Positions 9,968-19,978 of a stretch of 64,000 bases of DNA are shown here, in pieces. The stretch is from Candidatus Latescibacterota bacterium (lineage in GTDB: Bacteria; Latescibacterota; UBA2968; UBA8231): NCBI GenBank assembly GCA_965248355.1, contig OZ252098.1, forward strand, positions 2,976,001 through 3,040,000, read 5' to 3'. Position numbers and translations under genes: made by a program. Each line of letters begins with the position of its first letter. Positions within the stretch are counted from its first letter, which is position 1. Below the pieces are notes generated by a model. The model ran no database searches. It was not told the DNA's origin and was given only the letters and a program-made list of their open reading frames with translations.

Positions 9968-10413
9968 CGGTCTTCGTCGACACCTCCGCCCTGTACGCGA
10001 TACTGGACGCCGCCGACGACCAGCATTCGCGGGCCGAGGCCGAGTGGCGCCGCCTGGTGCGCGGTCTCTCCGGCCTCCTGACGACCAGCTATGTCCTGGT
10101 GGAGACCACGGCCCTGGTGCAGCACCGGCTCGGCATGGAGGCCGTGGGCGTGCTGGAGCAGGACATCCGGCCCGTCCTGCGGGTCGAGTGGATCGACGAG
10201 GCCCTGCACGCCACCGGAATGGCCTCGATGCTCGCCGCCGGCCGCCGGGGGCTGAGTCTCGTGGACTGCATCAGCTTTGCGGTGATGGCACGCGCCGGCC
10301 TGCGCCAGGCCTTCGCCTTCGACGATCACTTCACCGAGCGGGGCTTCTCATGCCTCCCGGCGGTGGAGACCAACCCTTCCGGTGCGCCGCGGGGCGAGCC
10401 GGAAGGGGCCTGA
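9964..10413 (+). CDS. vapC: PIN-domain VapC toxin
   Basis: VFVDTSA, VLVET, LSLVDCISF and AFAFDDHF motifs; GTGA overlap with the antitoxin. Confidence 0.92.
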   Translation: MTVFVDTSALYAILDAADDQHSRAEAEWRRLVRGLSGLLTTSYVLVETTALVQHRLGMEAVGVLEQDIRPVLRVEWIDEALHATGMASMLAAGRRGLSLVDCISFAVMARAGLRQAFAFDDHFTERGFSCLPAVETNPSGAPRGEPEGA

Positions 10414-10422
10414 GGCGGCCGC

Positions 10423-11403
10423 TCAGTTGTCGCGCGGCACTGCCATCATGCGCTCGAGGGACCGGCGCGCGCCCTCGATGATGTCGTCGTCGAGGTGGAT
10501 CTCGAAGCGCTCCTCGGCGAGCGAGAAGTACACGTCCTGCAGGCCCGTGACCTTCATGTAGGGGCAGTGCAGGCGGCACCCGATACAGCCGTCGGCGGGG
10601 ACGAACTCCTTGCCGGGATAGCGCTTCTTGAGTTGGTGGATCATGCCCTCTTCGGTGGCGATGATGAAGGTCCGGGCCTCGGGGTACCTGCCGACGGCGT
10701 TGATCATGCCCGTCGTCGAGCAGACCACGTGGGCGGCCTCGACCACGTCCTGGCGGCACTCGGGGTGGGCGATGATGACGGCCTCGGGGAACTCCCGCCG
10801 GGTGCGGTCGACGGTGGCGTGGCGCAGCACGTCGTGGGTCGGGCAGACGCCGTCGTAGGCGACGATCTCCTTCTCCGGCACCTGCTCCGCCACCCAGCGG
10901 GCCAGGTTCTTGTCGGGCGTGAACAGGATGCGGTCCGACTCGAGGCTGCGCACCACGGAGACGGCGTTGGCCGAGGTGCAGCAGATGTCGGACTCGGCCT
11001 TCACCTCGGCCGAGGAATTGACGTAGGTGACCACCGCGTGGCCGGGATAGCGCTCCTTCCACTCGTAGAGGCTCTCCACGGTGATCGAGTCGGAGAGGGC
11101 GCAGCCCGCCCCCAGGTGCGGCAGGAAGACGCGCTTGAGGGGGCTGAGGATCTTGGCCGACTCGGCCATGAAGTGGACGCCGCAGAACACGATGATCTCC
11201 GCGTCGGTCCGTGACGCCTCCACCGACAGCCCCAGCGAATCGCCGGTGACGTCGGCCAGGTCCTGGATCGGCGGGATCTGGTAGTTGTGGGCCAGGATGA
11301 CCGCGTTCTTCTCCACCCGGAGGCGGTCGATCTGCTCGATCAGCTCCTCTTCGGGGATGTGGTCGAACCGGGTCTGGCCGGCAGGGGGGGCAACCTGGGT
11401 CAT
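10423..11403 (-). CDS. nadA: Quinolinate synthase
   Basis: ILAHNYQ, GDSLGL, FCGVHFMAE, YVNSSAEVKA, AHPEC and CPYMK motifs. Confidence 0.97.
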   Translation of the reverse strand: MTQVAPPAGQTRFDHIPEEELIEQIDRLRVEKNAVILAHNYQIPPIQDLADVTGDSLGLSVEASRTDAEIIVFCGVHFMAESAKILSPLKRVFLPHLGAGCALSDSITVESLYEWKERYPGHAVVTYVNSSAEVKAESDICCTSANAVSVVRSLESDRILFTPDKNLARWVAEQVPEKEIVAYDGVCPTHDVLRHATVDRTRREFPEAVIIAHPECRQDVVEAAHVVCSTTGMINAVGRYPEARTFIIATEEGMIHQLKKRYPGKEFVPADGCIGCRLHCPYMKVTGLQDVYFSLAEERFEIHLDDDIIEGARRSLERMMAVPRDN

Positions 11404-11618
11404 GGCTCGCTCACCTTCGCCCCCGCGTCGAGGGGGACGGTCTCGGTGCCGTTGGGGAAGACGCGCCAGAACTCCTTGCGGATGAGGCCGGTGATCATGG
11501 CGCTTTTGCTGCTTCCGTGGTAGCGTGCGATCACCTCCAGCATCTGGAAATCTCGATCGGGGGCTGAAAAGGTCCGCGGCCTGGAACGGTCGCTCTTGGC
11601 CTTCGGTGCTGCGGGCAT
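11400..11618 (-). CDS. Small ribbon-helix-helix-like DNA-binding protein coupled to nadA
   Basis: 72 aa; RPRTFS beta strand followed by helices (DFQMLEVIARYHG-SSKSAMITGLIRKEF). SD AGAGGA; its stop overlaps the nadA start (ATGA). Confidence 0.65.
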   Translation of the reverse strand: MPAAPKAKSDRSRPRTFSAPDRDFQMLEVIARYHGSSKSAMITGLIRKEFWRVFPNGTETVPLDAGAKVSEP

Positions 11619-11648
11619 GGATCCTCTTGGAGCAAGGGGGTTGAGAAG

Positions 11649-11681
11649 TCTTACTTAATTATTCCTTAATCAATGTGCAAT
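11649..11681 (-). promoter_or_regulatory. AT-rich promoter of the RHH-nadA operon with 11-bp direct repeats
   Basis: Minus strand TTGCAC (11675-80)-N17-TAAGTA (11652-57). Plus-strand units TCTTACTTAAT / TATTCCTTAAT (9/11 identical) / CAATGTGCAAT. Confidence 0.55.
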
Positions 11682-11791
11682 TAGTAGTCCCGCGCGCGGC
11701 GTCTGTCAAGCTGTGTGACGAAAAAGTGTCGAGGCGGAGAGAGCCGGGGAGGGCGGACGATGGCTCCGAGCCCCGCGGCGGGTGACCGCGG

Positions 11792-13018
11792 CTAGAGGGC
11801 GCGGATGCGGCTCAGGGCTTCTTCCACCAGGGGGCGCTGCTGGAAGGCGGAGAGGCGCACGTAGCCCTCGCCGGCGGCGCCGAAACCGGCGCCGGGGGTG
11901 CAGACCAGGTGGGCCTCCTGCAACAGGCGGTCGAAGAAGTCCCAGCTGCCGGCGCCTCCGGGGCAGGCGATCCACAGGTAGGGGGCGTTGTCGGCGCCGT
12001 GCACGGTGTAGCCCGCCTCGGTCAGATCCCGCTTCATGAGGCGGGCGTTCTCCTGGTAGAAGCAGACGAGCTCGCCCACCGCCGCCTTCCCCTCCGGCGT
12101 GTAGCAGGCCGCCGCCCCTTTCTGCACCGGGTAGGAGACTCCGTTGTACTTGGTCGACTGGCGCCGGTCCCACAGCCCGTGGAGGGGCACGGCCTCGCCC
12201 GCGGCCGTATACCCCATCAGCTCCTGCGGCACCACGGTGAAGGCGCAGCGCACACCGGTGAAGCCCGCCGTCTTGGAGTAGGAACGCATCTCGACGGCCA
12301 CCTCGCGGGCGCCCTCGATCTCGTAGATCGAACGGGGGACGGCCGGATCGGTGATGTACGCCTCGTAGGCGGCGTCGAAGAGGATGACGGCGCGCTCGCG
12401 CCGGGCGTATTCGACCCAGGCGGCCAGATCCGGCCGCGTCATCGCGGCGCCGGTGGGGTTGTTCGGCGAGCACAGGTAGACGAGGTCCACGTGGCCGTCG
12501 GGCAGGGGCGGGCGGAACCCGTTGGCGGCCGTGCAGGGCAGGTAGACGAGCCCCTCGTAGCGTCCCTGCCCGTCGGCGGCGCCGGTGCGCCCCGCCATGA
12601 CGTTGGAGTCGCAGTAGACGGGGTACACGGGGTCGGTGAGGGCCACCCGCTGATCGAGGCCGAAGATCTCCTGGATGTTGGCCGAGTCGCACTTGGAGCC
12701 GTCGGAGAGGAAGATCTCGGCCGCATCGACGGGGACGCCGCGGGCGCCGTACTCGTGCTCGGCGATGGCCTCGAGGAGGAAGTCGTAGCCTCGGGCCGGG
12801 GGATAGCCGTGGAAGCTGTCGTCGTGGGCGAGCTCCTCGCAGGCCGCCTTCATGGCCTCGGCCACCGGCCGGGGCAGGCCGCGCACGACGTCGCCGATGC
12901 CCATGCGGATGAGGTCGGCGTCCGGATGGGCCTCGGCAAAGGCCGTCGTGCGCCGGCCGATCTCCGGGAACAGGTAGCCGGCGGCGAGCTTCAGGTAGTG
13001 CTCGTTGAGGAGGGCCAT
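11792..13018 (-). CDS. dapL: LL-diaminopimelate aminotransferase
   Basis: [35 protein letters not shown] and [13 protein letters not shown] motifs. Confidence 0.95.
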   Translation of the reverse strand: MALLNEHYLKLAAGYLFPEIGRRTTAFAEAHPDADLIRMGIGDVVRGLPRPVAEAMKAACEELAHDDSFHGYPPARGYDFLLEAIAEHEYGARGVPVDAAEIFLSDGSKCDSANIQEIFGLDQRVALTDPVYPVYCDSNVMAGRTGAADGQGRYEGLVYLPCTAANGFRPPLPDGHVDLVYLCSPNNPTGAAMTRPDLAAWVEYARRERAVILFDAAYEAYITDPAVPRSIYEIEGAREVAVEMRSYSKTAGFTGVRCAFTVVPQELMGYTAAGEAVPLHGLWDRRQSTKYNGVSYPVQKGAAACYTPEGKAAVGELVCFYQENARLMKRDLTEAGYTVHGADNAPYLWIACPGGAGSWDFFDRLLQEAHLVCTPGAGFGAAGEGYVRLSAFQQRPLVEEALSRIRAL

Positions 13019-13107
13019 GATCCTCTTTTCTTCTTAGATTTCCGGGCTCGATCCGAGTGAGAGATCGGAATTTACGGCAGCCACTCCCTGACGACCACGG
13101 AGAACCG

Positions 13108-14796
13108 ATGGAGAGCGAGGACGGCGGACGCCCCCGCGACTTCCTGCGCGAGGCGGTCGCGGCGGATACCGCTTCGGGCCGTTACGACGGCCAGGTGGTG
13201 ACCCGCTTTCCGCCCGAGCCGAACGGCTACCTGCACGTGGGCCACGGCAAGGCGATATGCGTGAACTTCGGCATCGCCGCCGACTTCGGGGGGCGCTGCA
13301 ACCTGCGCTTCGACGACACCAACCCGGTGCGCGAGGAGCAGGAGTTCGTCGACGCCCAGATGGAGGACATCCGCTGGCTCGGCTTCGACTGGGGCGAGCG
13401 GGAGCTCTACGCCTCCGGCTACTTCGAGCAGCTCTACGAGTGGGCCTGCCAGCTCATCCGCAAGGGCCTGGCCTACGTGGACGACCAGTCGGCCGACGAG
13501 ATCCGCCGGACCCGCGGCACCCTCACCGAGCCGGGCCTCGACAGCCCCTTCCGGGACCGCACCGTGGAGGAGAACCTCGATCTCTTCGCGCGCATGCGCG
13601 CCGGCGAGTTCGCCGACGGCGAGAGGGTGCTGCGGGCCCGCGTCGACATGGCCTCGCCCAACCCGGTCCTGCGCGATCCGGTCATGTACCGCATCCTCCA
13701 CACCCCCCACCACCGCACCGGCGACCGCTGGTGCATCTACCCCATGTACGACTGGGCCCACGGCCAGAGCGACTCCATCGAGGCCGTCACCCACTCCCTG
13801 TGCACCCTGGAGTTCGAGGCCAACCGCCCCCTCTACGACTGGTACATCGAGCAGCTCGGCATCTTCCCGTCGCGGCAGATCGAGTACGCCCGCGGCAACC
13901 TCACCTACACGGTCACCCACAAGCGCCACCTGACCCGTCTGATCGAGTCGGGCCGGCTCTCCGGGTGGGACGACCCGCGCATGCCCACCCTTCGCGGACT
14001 GCGCCGGCGCGGCGTGCCGCCCGAGGCGATCCGCCGGTTCTGGAGCGAGGTGGGCGTGGCCAAGCGCGACAACAACATCGAGGTCTCGCTGCTGGAGTTC
14101 TGCATCCGCGACCACCTCAACAAGGTGGCGCCGAGGGTGATGGGGGTGCTGCGGCCCCTCAAGGTGGTGATCACCAACTATCCACCGGGCGCCGGCGAGG
14201 AGCTCGAGGCGGTGAACAACCCCGAGGACGAGTCCGCCGGGACCCGCCGGATCCCCTTCGGGCGCGAGCTGTGGATCGAGGCCGACGACTTCATGGAGGA
14301 CCCGCCGCGGCGGTTCTTCCGGCTCGCCCCCGGGCGCGAGGTGCGCCTGCGCTACGCCTACTTCATCACCTGCCGGGAGGTGGTCAGGGACGCCGCCGGC
14401 CGCGTCGTCGAGCTGCGCTGCACCTACGACCCGGCCACCCGCGGCGGCGACGCCCCCGACGGCCGCAAGGTGAAGGCCACCCTGCACTGGGTCTCGGCGG
14501 CGCACGCGGTGGAGGCCGAGGTGCGGCTCTACGACCGGCTCTTCCGGGTGGAGAACCCCCTCGAGGTGGCCGATGGCGAGGACTGGATGGACAACCTGAA
14601 CCCCGACTCGCTGGAGGTGTTGCCCCGCTGCTGGCTGGAGCCCGGTCTGGCCGGGGCCGCGCCGGGGACGACGGTGCAGTTCGAGCGTCTCGGCTACTTC
14701 TGCGCCGACCCCGACTCGACGCCGGAGAGGCCGGTCTTCAACCGCACGGTGACCCTGCGCGACGCCTGGGCCAACATCAGGAAGCGGGGCGGCTGA
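13108..14796 (+). CDS. glnS: Glutaminyl-tRNA synthetase
   Basis: [47 protein letters not shown] and QFERLGYF motifs; ATG after GGAG (alternative GTG at 13057). Confidence 0.96.
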   Translation: MESEDGGRPRDFLREAVAADTASGRYDGQVVTRFPPEPNGYLHVGHGKAICVNFGIAADFGGRCNLRFDDTNPVREEQEFVDAQMEDIRWLGFDWGERELYASGYFEQLYEWACQLIRKGLAYVDDQSADEIRRTRGTLTEPGLDSPFRDRTVEENLDLFARMRAGEFADGERVLRARVDMASPNPVLRDPVMYRILHTPHHRTGDRWCIYPMYDWAHGQSDSIEAVTHSLCTLEFEANRPLYDWYIEQLGIFPSRQIEYARGNLTYTVTHKRHLTRLIESGRLSGWDDPRMPTLRGLRRRGVPPEAIRRFWSEVGVAKRDNNIEVSLLEFCIRDHLNKVAPRVMGVLRPLKVVITNYPPGAGEELEAVNNPEDESAGTRRIPFGRELWIEADDFMEDPPRRFFRLAPGREVRLRYAYFITCREVVRDAAGRVVELRCTYDPATRGGDAPDGRKVKATLHWVSAAHAVEAEVRLYDRLFRVENPLEVADGEDWMDNLNPDSLEVLPRCWLEPGLAGAAPGTTVQFERLGYFCADPDSTPERPVFNRTVTLRDAWANIRKRGG

Positions 14797-16297
14797 CCCG
14801 GTCCCGGGCCTCGGCCCAGTCCTTCTCCAGTCTGCGGGACTTCCTCTTCGACAGGCCGCCCAGGACCTCGACCGCCTCCAGAAGCCGCGCCCGCGTCAGG
14901 TCGATGTCGAGGAGCACCATCGACTCGTAGAGCGGCGGTCCCACGGGCTGCCCCATGACCGCCGCGTAGAGGGGCCGCGTCAGGTCGCGGATCGGCCACT
15001 CCCGGAACGCGGCGACCCCCTTCAAGGCCGCTTCCACCCCCTCCCGGCCCCAGGGCGTCACCTCCGCCAGGGACCAGACGACGCACTGCAGGACCTCGGC
15101 CACCTCCTCCGGGGTCCGCTTCTTCGGCAGCAGGTCCTCCTGGCGCGGCTCCACCCGGCGGGCAAAGAGGAAGGCGCACCTCGGGAGGAAGTCGCCCAGG
15201 GTCTCCATGCGCGGCTGCATGAGCGGCACCAGGCGGCTGAAGGTGTCGTCGTTGAGGGCCCAGTCGCGCAGCGCCGCCAGCAGCTCGCCGGGGCTCAGGT
15301 CCTCGCGGATGTAGCGGCCGTTCAGCCAGCTCAGCTTCTCCAGGTCGAAGACCGAGCCGCCCAGGTTGATGCGCTCCAGTTCGAAACGGCCGGTGAGCTC
15401 GTCGAGGCCGAATTTCTCCTCGTCGCTTCCGTCGTCGGACCGAGCCGGCGGATAGGCCATGAGGGCGAGGTAGTTGAGGACCGCCGCCGGCAGGTATCCG
15501 GCGCGGCGGTAGTAGTCGATCGACGTCGGGTTGCGACGCTTCGACATCTTCGAGCGGTCGGGGTTCAGCAGCAGAGGCAGATGGGCGTGCCGCGGCGGCT
15601 CCCAGCCGAGCCATTCGTAGAGGAGCAGGTGCTTGGGCGTGGAGTTGATCCACTCCTCGCCGCGGATGACGTGGCTGATGCCCATCAGGTGGTCGTCGAC
15701 GACGACCGCCAGGTGGTAGGTGGGGAAGCCGTCCGACTTGAGCAGGACCTGGTCGTCGAGGCCGGCGTGGTCGAAGCGGATCTCGCCGCGCAGCAGGTCG
15801 GGCACGACGCAGGTGCCCTCGCGGGGCGCCTTCATGCGGATGACGCAGGACTCGCCGGCCGTCCGCCGCCGCCGGCCGTCCCCGGGATCGACCTCGCGCT
15901 CGGCCTCGTACGGGGGCGGCTGACCCGCCCTCTGCCCCCCGGCTCTCCAGGCCGCCAGTTGGCCCGGGGTCGCGAAGGAGTAGTAGGCGCGGCCGGCCTC
16001 GACGAGCCCCTCGGCGGCCCCCCGGTAGTGATCGAGGCGCTCGCTCTGCCGGTAGGGGCCCGAGCCGCCGCCCACGTCGGGGCCCTCGTCCCAGTCGAGC
16101 CCCAGCCAGCGAAGGGCCGCGATCAGGCGGCGCTCGTGGTCCGGGTGGGACCGCGAGCGGTCGGTGTCCTCGATGCGCAGGACCAGCCGGCCGCCGTGGC
16201 GGCGGGCGAAGAGGCGGTTGAAGAGGGCGATGTAGGCCGTGCCCAGATGCGGGGCGCCGGTGGGGGACGGGGCGACACGGAGGCGAACGTCGGCCAT
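14777..16297 (-). CDS. gltX: Glutamyl-tRNA synthetase
   Basis: [43 protein letters not shown] and KMSKR motifs; 3' end overlaps glnS by 20 bp. Confidence 0.96.
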   Translation of the reverse strand: MADVRLRVAPSPTGAPHLGTAYIALFNRLFARRHGGRLVLRIEDTDRSRSHPDHERRLIAALRWLGLDWDEGPDVGGGSGPYRQSERLDHYRGAAEGLVEAGRAYYSFATPGQLAAWRAGGQRAGQPPPYEAEREVDPGDGRRRRTAGESCVIRMKAPREGTCVVPDLLRGEIRFDHAGLDDQVLLKSDGFPTYHLAVVVDDHLMGISHVIRGEEWINSTPKHLLLYEWLGWEPPRHAHLPLLLNPDRSKMSKRRNPTSIDYYRRAGYLPAAVLNYLALMAYPPARSDDGSDEEKFGLDELTGRFELERINLGGSVFDLEKLSWLNGRYIREDLSPGELLAALRDWALNDDTFSRLVPLMQPRMETLGDFLPRCAFLFARRVEPRQEDLLPKKRTPEEVAEVLQCVVWSLAEVTPWGREGVEAALKGVAAFREWPIRDLTRPLYAAVMGQPVGPPLYESMVLLDIDLTRARLLEAVEVLGGLSKRKSRRLEKDWAEARDRVSRPAS

Positions 16298-16417
16298 GGG
16301 CGGGACTCTCGGAAACGATGCAAGTGGTTACTGCGACAGGGGGGATATCAAAGATACCCCCGGCTCGGGGAGGGGCAACGTCCCCCGCTCCGGCGGGTTC
16401 GGGCAGAGGTTGCGTAA

Positions 16418-16447
16418 TTGCAGATATTTCATATTATCAGGTAGAAT
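16418..16447 (+). promoter_or_regulatory. Putative sigma-70 promoter of the DEAD-box helicase
   Basis: TTGCAG-N18-TAGAAT within an AT-rich patch, implying a 5' leader of about 140 nt. Confidence 0.5.
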
Positions 16448-16596
16448 TGTATCAAGTGAGATTTTCCCTCCCCGGCCGGCCCTCCAGTTCCCCCAGCTTG
16501 CCGCACCCTCAGACCTCGGATCCGCCTCCGCTCCGTCCCGCGCACGCCTTGCGGGACGCTCAGTGCGAGCACGATCAGGAAGGACTCAGTATCGCC

Positions 16597-17859
16597 TTGA
16601 AATTCACGGACCTGGACCTCAAGCCCGAGATCCTGTCGGCCCTCGACGAGATGGGCTACGAAGACATGACGCCCATCCAGGAGCAGGCCATTCCCCAGGT
16701 GCTCGGCGGCCACGATGTGGTCGGCCTGGCCGAGACCGGCTCGGGCAAGACCTCGGCCTGCGCCGTTCCCCTGGTGCACATGACCGACCCGGAGCGCCGG
16801 GTCGTTCAGCACCTGGTCCTGGTGCCGACCCGCGAGCTGGCCCTGCAGTACGTGCAGGAGATCGACGACGTGGCCCGGCACACGGAAGTGGTGCCCTTCG
16901 CCGTCTTCGGCGGCTTCGACATCGGCGTGCAGAAGAGCAAGCTCAACCACGGCGTGCACATCCTCGTGGCCACGCCGGGACGGCTCATCGACCTGATCTG
17001 GAACACCCGGATCGACCTGCAGCAGGTGCGCACGGTGGTCCTCGACGAGGCCGACGAGATGCTCGACATGGGCTTCATCGAGGACGTGGACTTCATCCTC
17101 GCCTGCCTGCTGCAGGAGCACACGGTGCTGCTGTGGTCGGCGACCATGCCTCCCGAGATCGAGAAGCTCACCGCCAAGTACCTCAAGCAGCCGGTGAAGG
17201 TCGAGCTGAACGCCGACCAGCGCGCTCCGCGTTCGCTGCAGCACCACTTCCTGCACGTGCGCGGGGACCGCGTCGACTCGCTCACCGACTTCCTCTCCGT
17301 CGAGGAGGGGGTGGACCAGGTGATCGTGTTCTGCAACTCCCGCGACAAGGGGGGGGAGCTGTACCGGAAATTCCGCCGCTCCTTCCGCTCGGTGGAGTAC
17401 ATCCACGGCGGCCTCGACCAGGACCGGCGCACCTCGATCTTCGGCCGCTTCAAGGGGCGGGAGATCAAGTACATGATCGCCACCGACGTGGCCGGTCGCG
17501 GCCTCGACTTCACCAACGTGAGCCACGTGGTCAACTTCGACTTCCCCTTCAACCCCGAGATCTATGCCCATCGCACGGGGCGCACGGGGCGCATGGGCCG
17601 CATCGGCATCGCCCTGACCCTGGTCACCGACCGCGACCTGGGCAACCTGAAGCGCATCGTCAATGCGCGGGAGATCGAGCCCCGGTGGCGCGGCCACGAG
17701 CCGGACCTGAAAGCGGTTCGATCCGGCGGACGGGGCGGGCGGCGCAGGGGGACGGGCCAGGGCCGGGGGCCCGGCGGCCGGCGACAGGAGCATCACGGCC
17801 CCCCGCACCATCGCGAGCACCACCCCGGCGGCCGGGGCGCCGCCCGAGGCTCGCGCTAG
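16597..17859 (+). CDS. DEAD-box RNA helicase
   Basis: Q motif (TPIQEQAIP), AETGSGKT, PTRELA, TPGRL, DEAD, SAT and HRTGRTGR; Gly/Arg/His-rich tail; TTG start after AGGAAGGA. Confidence 0.93.
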   Translation: MKFTDLDLKPEILSALDEMGYEDMTPIQEQAIPQVLGGHDVVGLAETGSGKTSACAVPLVHMTDPERRVVQHLVLVPTRELALQYVQEIDDVARHTEVVPFAVFGGFDIGVQKSKLNHGVHILVATPGRLIDLIWNTRIDLQQVRTVVLDEADEMLDMGFIEDVDFILACLLQEHTVLLWSATMPPEIEKLTAKYLKQPVKVELNADQRAPRSLQHHFLHVRGDRVDSLTDFLSVEEGVDQVIVFCNSRDKGGELYRKFRRSFRSVEYIHGGLDQDRRTSIFGRFKGREIKYMIATDVAGRGLDFTNVSHVVNFDFPFNPEIYAHRTGRTGRMGRIGIALTLVTDRDLGNLKRIVNAREIEPRWRGHEPDLKAVRSGGRGGRRRGTGQGRGPGGRRQEHHGPPHHREHHPGGRGAARGSR

Positions 17860-18077
17860 TTCCTGGGCCGCCGTATCTTCGCCACGGCGGCCCTCTCCCC
17901 GCACAAACTCCCCTCCCCGGCGGCCCGTCCCACGGCCGGACCGGCAGCGCCCGACCCATCCTCCCCGAGGTTCCCCCGCCCGCTCCGGCCTCCATGGCGG
18001 GCGCCACGCCGAGGGGCCCGGACCCTCCCTTGGCCTGCCCGCATGCGGGCGGAGACTCGACGACGACGGACCCGCGA

Positions 18078-19937
18078 ATGACGACGACGCATCCGGACCT
18101 GTTCACCCCCCCGGCGCGCAAGGCCGCCGGTAACGGCGCCAACGGTTACGACGAGAGCACGATCCGCACGCTTTCGTCCCTCGAGCACATCCGCCTGCGC
18201 ACGGGGATGTACATCGGCCGTCTCGGCGACGGCTCCGATCCCGACGACGGCATCTACGTGCTGCTCAAGGAGGTGATCGACAACGCCGTGGACGAGTTCC
18301 TCATGGGCCACGGGCGCAAGGTGGAGGTGGAGATCGACGACGACGGCGGCGTGCGGGTCCGCGACTACGGATCCGGCATCCCCCTGGGCAAGCTCGTGGA
18401 GTGCGTCTCGGTGATCAACACGGGAGCGAAGTACAACGACGACGTCTACCGGTTCTCGGTGGGCCTGAACGGCGTCGGCACGAAGGCGGTGAACGCCCTC
18501 TCCCGCCGTTTCCGCGTCGTCTCCTATCGCGGCGGCCGCTACGCCGAGGCGGTCTTCGCGGCGGGCGACCTCAAGAAGGAGACGAAGAGGGGATCGGCCG
18601 CCGGCGTGCCCGACGGCACCCTGGTGGAGTTCCTCCCGGACCCCGAGATCTTCGAGGCCTACGACTACGACCTGGGGTTCGTCGAGCGCCGGCTGTGGAA
18701 CTACGCCTGCCTCAACCGCGGGCTGACCCTGGTCCTCAACGGCCGCTCCTTCACCTCGAAGAAGGGGCTCCTCGACCTGCTGCAGCGGGAGGTGGGCGCC
18801 TCCGAGGAGGGGGTGGCCTACGAGCCCGCCCACCACGCCGGCGAGCATCTCGAGTTCGCCTTCACCCACGTGGACGGCTACGGCGAGACCTACTGGTCCT
18901 TCGTCAACGGCCAGTACACCTCCGACGGCGGCACCCATCAGTCCGCCTTTCGCGAGGGCCTGCTGAAGGGGGTGAACGAGTTCTACCGCAAGAGCTTCAA
19001 CGGCGTCGACGTGCGCGAGGGCATCGCCGGCGCCGTGGCCGTGCGGCTGAAGGACCCGGTCTTCGAATCGCAGACCAAGAACAAGCTGGGCAACACCGAC
19101 ATCCGCGGCTGGATGGTGACCGACGTGAAAGCGGCGGTGGCCGACTTCCTGCACAAGAACCGGGACGCCGCCGGGGCCCTGGAGGCGCGCATTCTCAACA
19201 ACGAGAAGCTGCGCAAGGACCTGAACGCCGTGAAGAAGGAGGCCAAGGAGAACGCCCGGAAGATCTCGATCAAGAACCCGAACCTGCGCGACTGCAAGTA
19301 CCACCTGGGCCACCGCAAGCACGGCGACGAATCGACCCTCTTCATCACCGAGGGCCAGTCGGCGGCCGGCTCGATCGTCTCCTCCCGCGATCCGAACACG
19401 CAGGCCATCTTCGTCATGACCGGCAAGCCCCAGAACGCCTTCGGCCGCAGCAAGGCCGCCGTCTACAAGAACGAGCTGCTCTACAACCTGATGATGGCCC
19501 TCGGCGTGGAGGACGGCATCGAGGGCCTGCGCTACAACCGCGTCGTGCTGGCCACCGACGCCGACGTGGACGGCTTCCACATCCGCAATCTCCTGCTCAC
19601 CTTCTTCCTCACGTACTTCGAGGAACTGGTCGTGGCCGGCCACATCTACATCCTCGAGACGCCCCTCTTCCGCGTGCGCAACAAGAAGGAGACCCGCTAC
19701 TGCTATTCCGAGAAGGAGCGGGACCAGGCGCTCAAGGCGCTGAAGGGCCCCGAGGTGACCCGCTTCAAGGGGCTGGGCGAGATCTCGCCGAAGGAGTTCG
19801 GACGGTTCATCGGAGAGAAGATGAAGCTGGTGAAGACGAGCATCGAGAAGATGTCGGACGTTCACCAGACGCTGGAGTTCTACATGGGGAAGAACACGCC
19901 CGAGCGCCGCGAGTACATCATGGAGCAAATGGTGTGA
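18078..19937 (+). CDS. parE: DNA topoisomerase IV subunit B
   Basis: EHIRLRTGMYIG, EVIDNAVDE, GLNGVG, FESQTK, TDADVDG and RFKGLGE motifs; Bacteroidota/spirochete-like type. Confidence 0.92.
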   Translation: MTTTHPDLFTPPARKAAGNGANGYDESTIRTLSSLEHIRLRTGMYIGRLGDGSDPDDGIYVLLKEVIDNAVDEFLMGHGRKVEVEIDDDGGVRVRDYGSGIPLGKLVECVSVINTGAKYNDDVYRFSVGLNGVGTKAVNALSRRFRVVSYRGGRYAEAVFAAGDLKKETKRGSAAGVPDGTLVEFLPDPEIFEAYDYDLGFVERRLWNYACLNRGLTLVLNGRSFTSKKGLLDLLQREVGASEEGVAYEPAHHAGEHLEFAFTHVDGYGETYWSFVNGQYTSDGGTHQSAFREGLLKGVNEFYRKSFNGVDVREGIAGAVAVRLKDPVFESQTKNKLGNTDIRGWMVTDVKAAVADFLHKNRDAAGALEARILNNEKLRKDLNAVKKEAKENARKISIKNPNLRDCKYHLGHRKHGDESTLFITEGQSAAGSIVSSRDPNTQAIFVMTGKPQNAFGRSKAAVYKNELLYNLMMALGVEDGIEGLRYNRVVLATDADVDGFHIRNLLLTFFLTYFEELVVAGHIYILETPLFRVRNKKETRYCYSEKERDQALKALKGPEVTRFKGLGEISPKEFGRFIGEKMKLVKTSIEKMSDVHQTLEFYMGKNTPERREYIMEQMV

Positions 19938-19978
19938 CCGCCGCCGCCCTGGCGGGCCGTCTCTGAGGGAAGAACGCC

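Noticed and set aside
16239..19937. Apparent 1232-aa ParE, 1188-aa PepF, 1849-aa Lhr and 870-aa ankyrin ORFs as fusions
   Set aside because: The N-terminal extensions are off-frame read-through of neighbouring genes; true starts are internal (18078, 21862, 38477, 54043).
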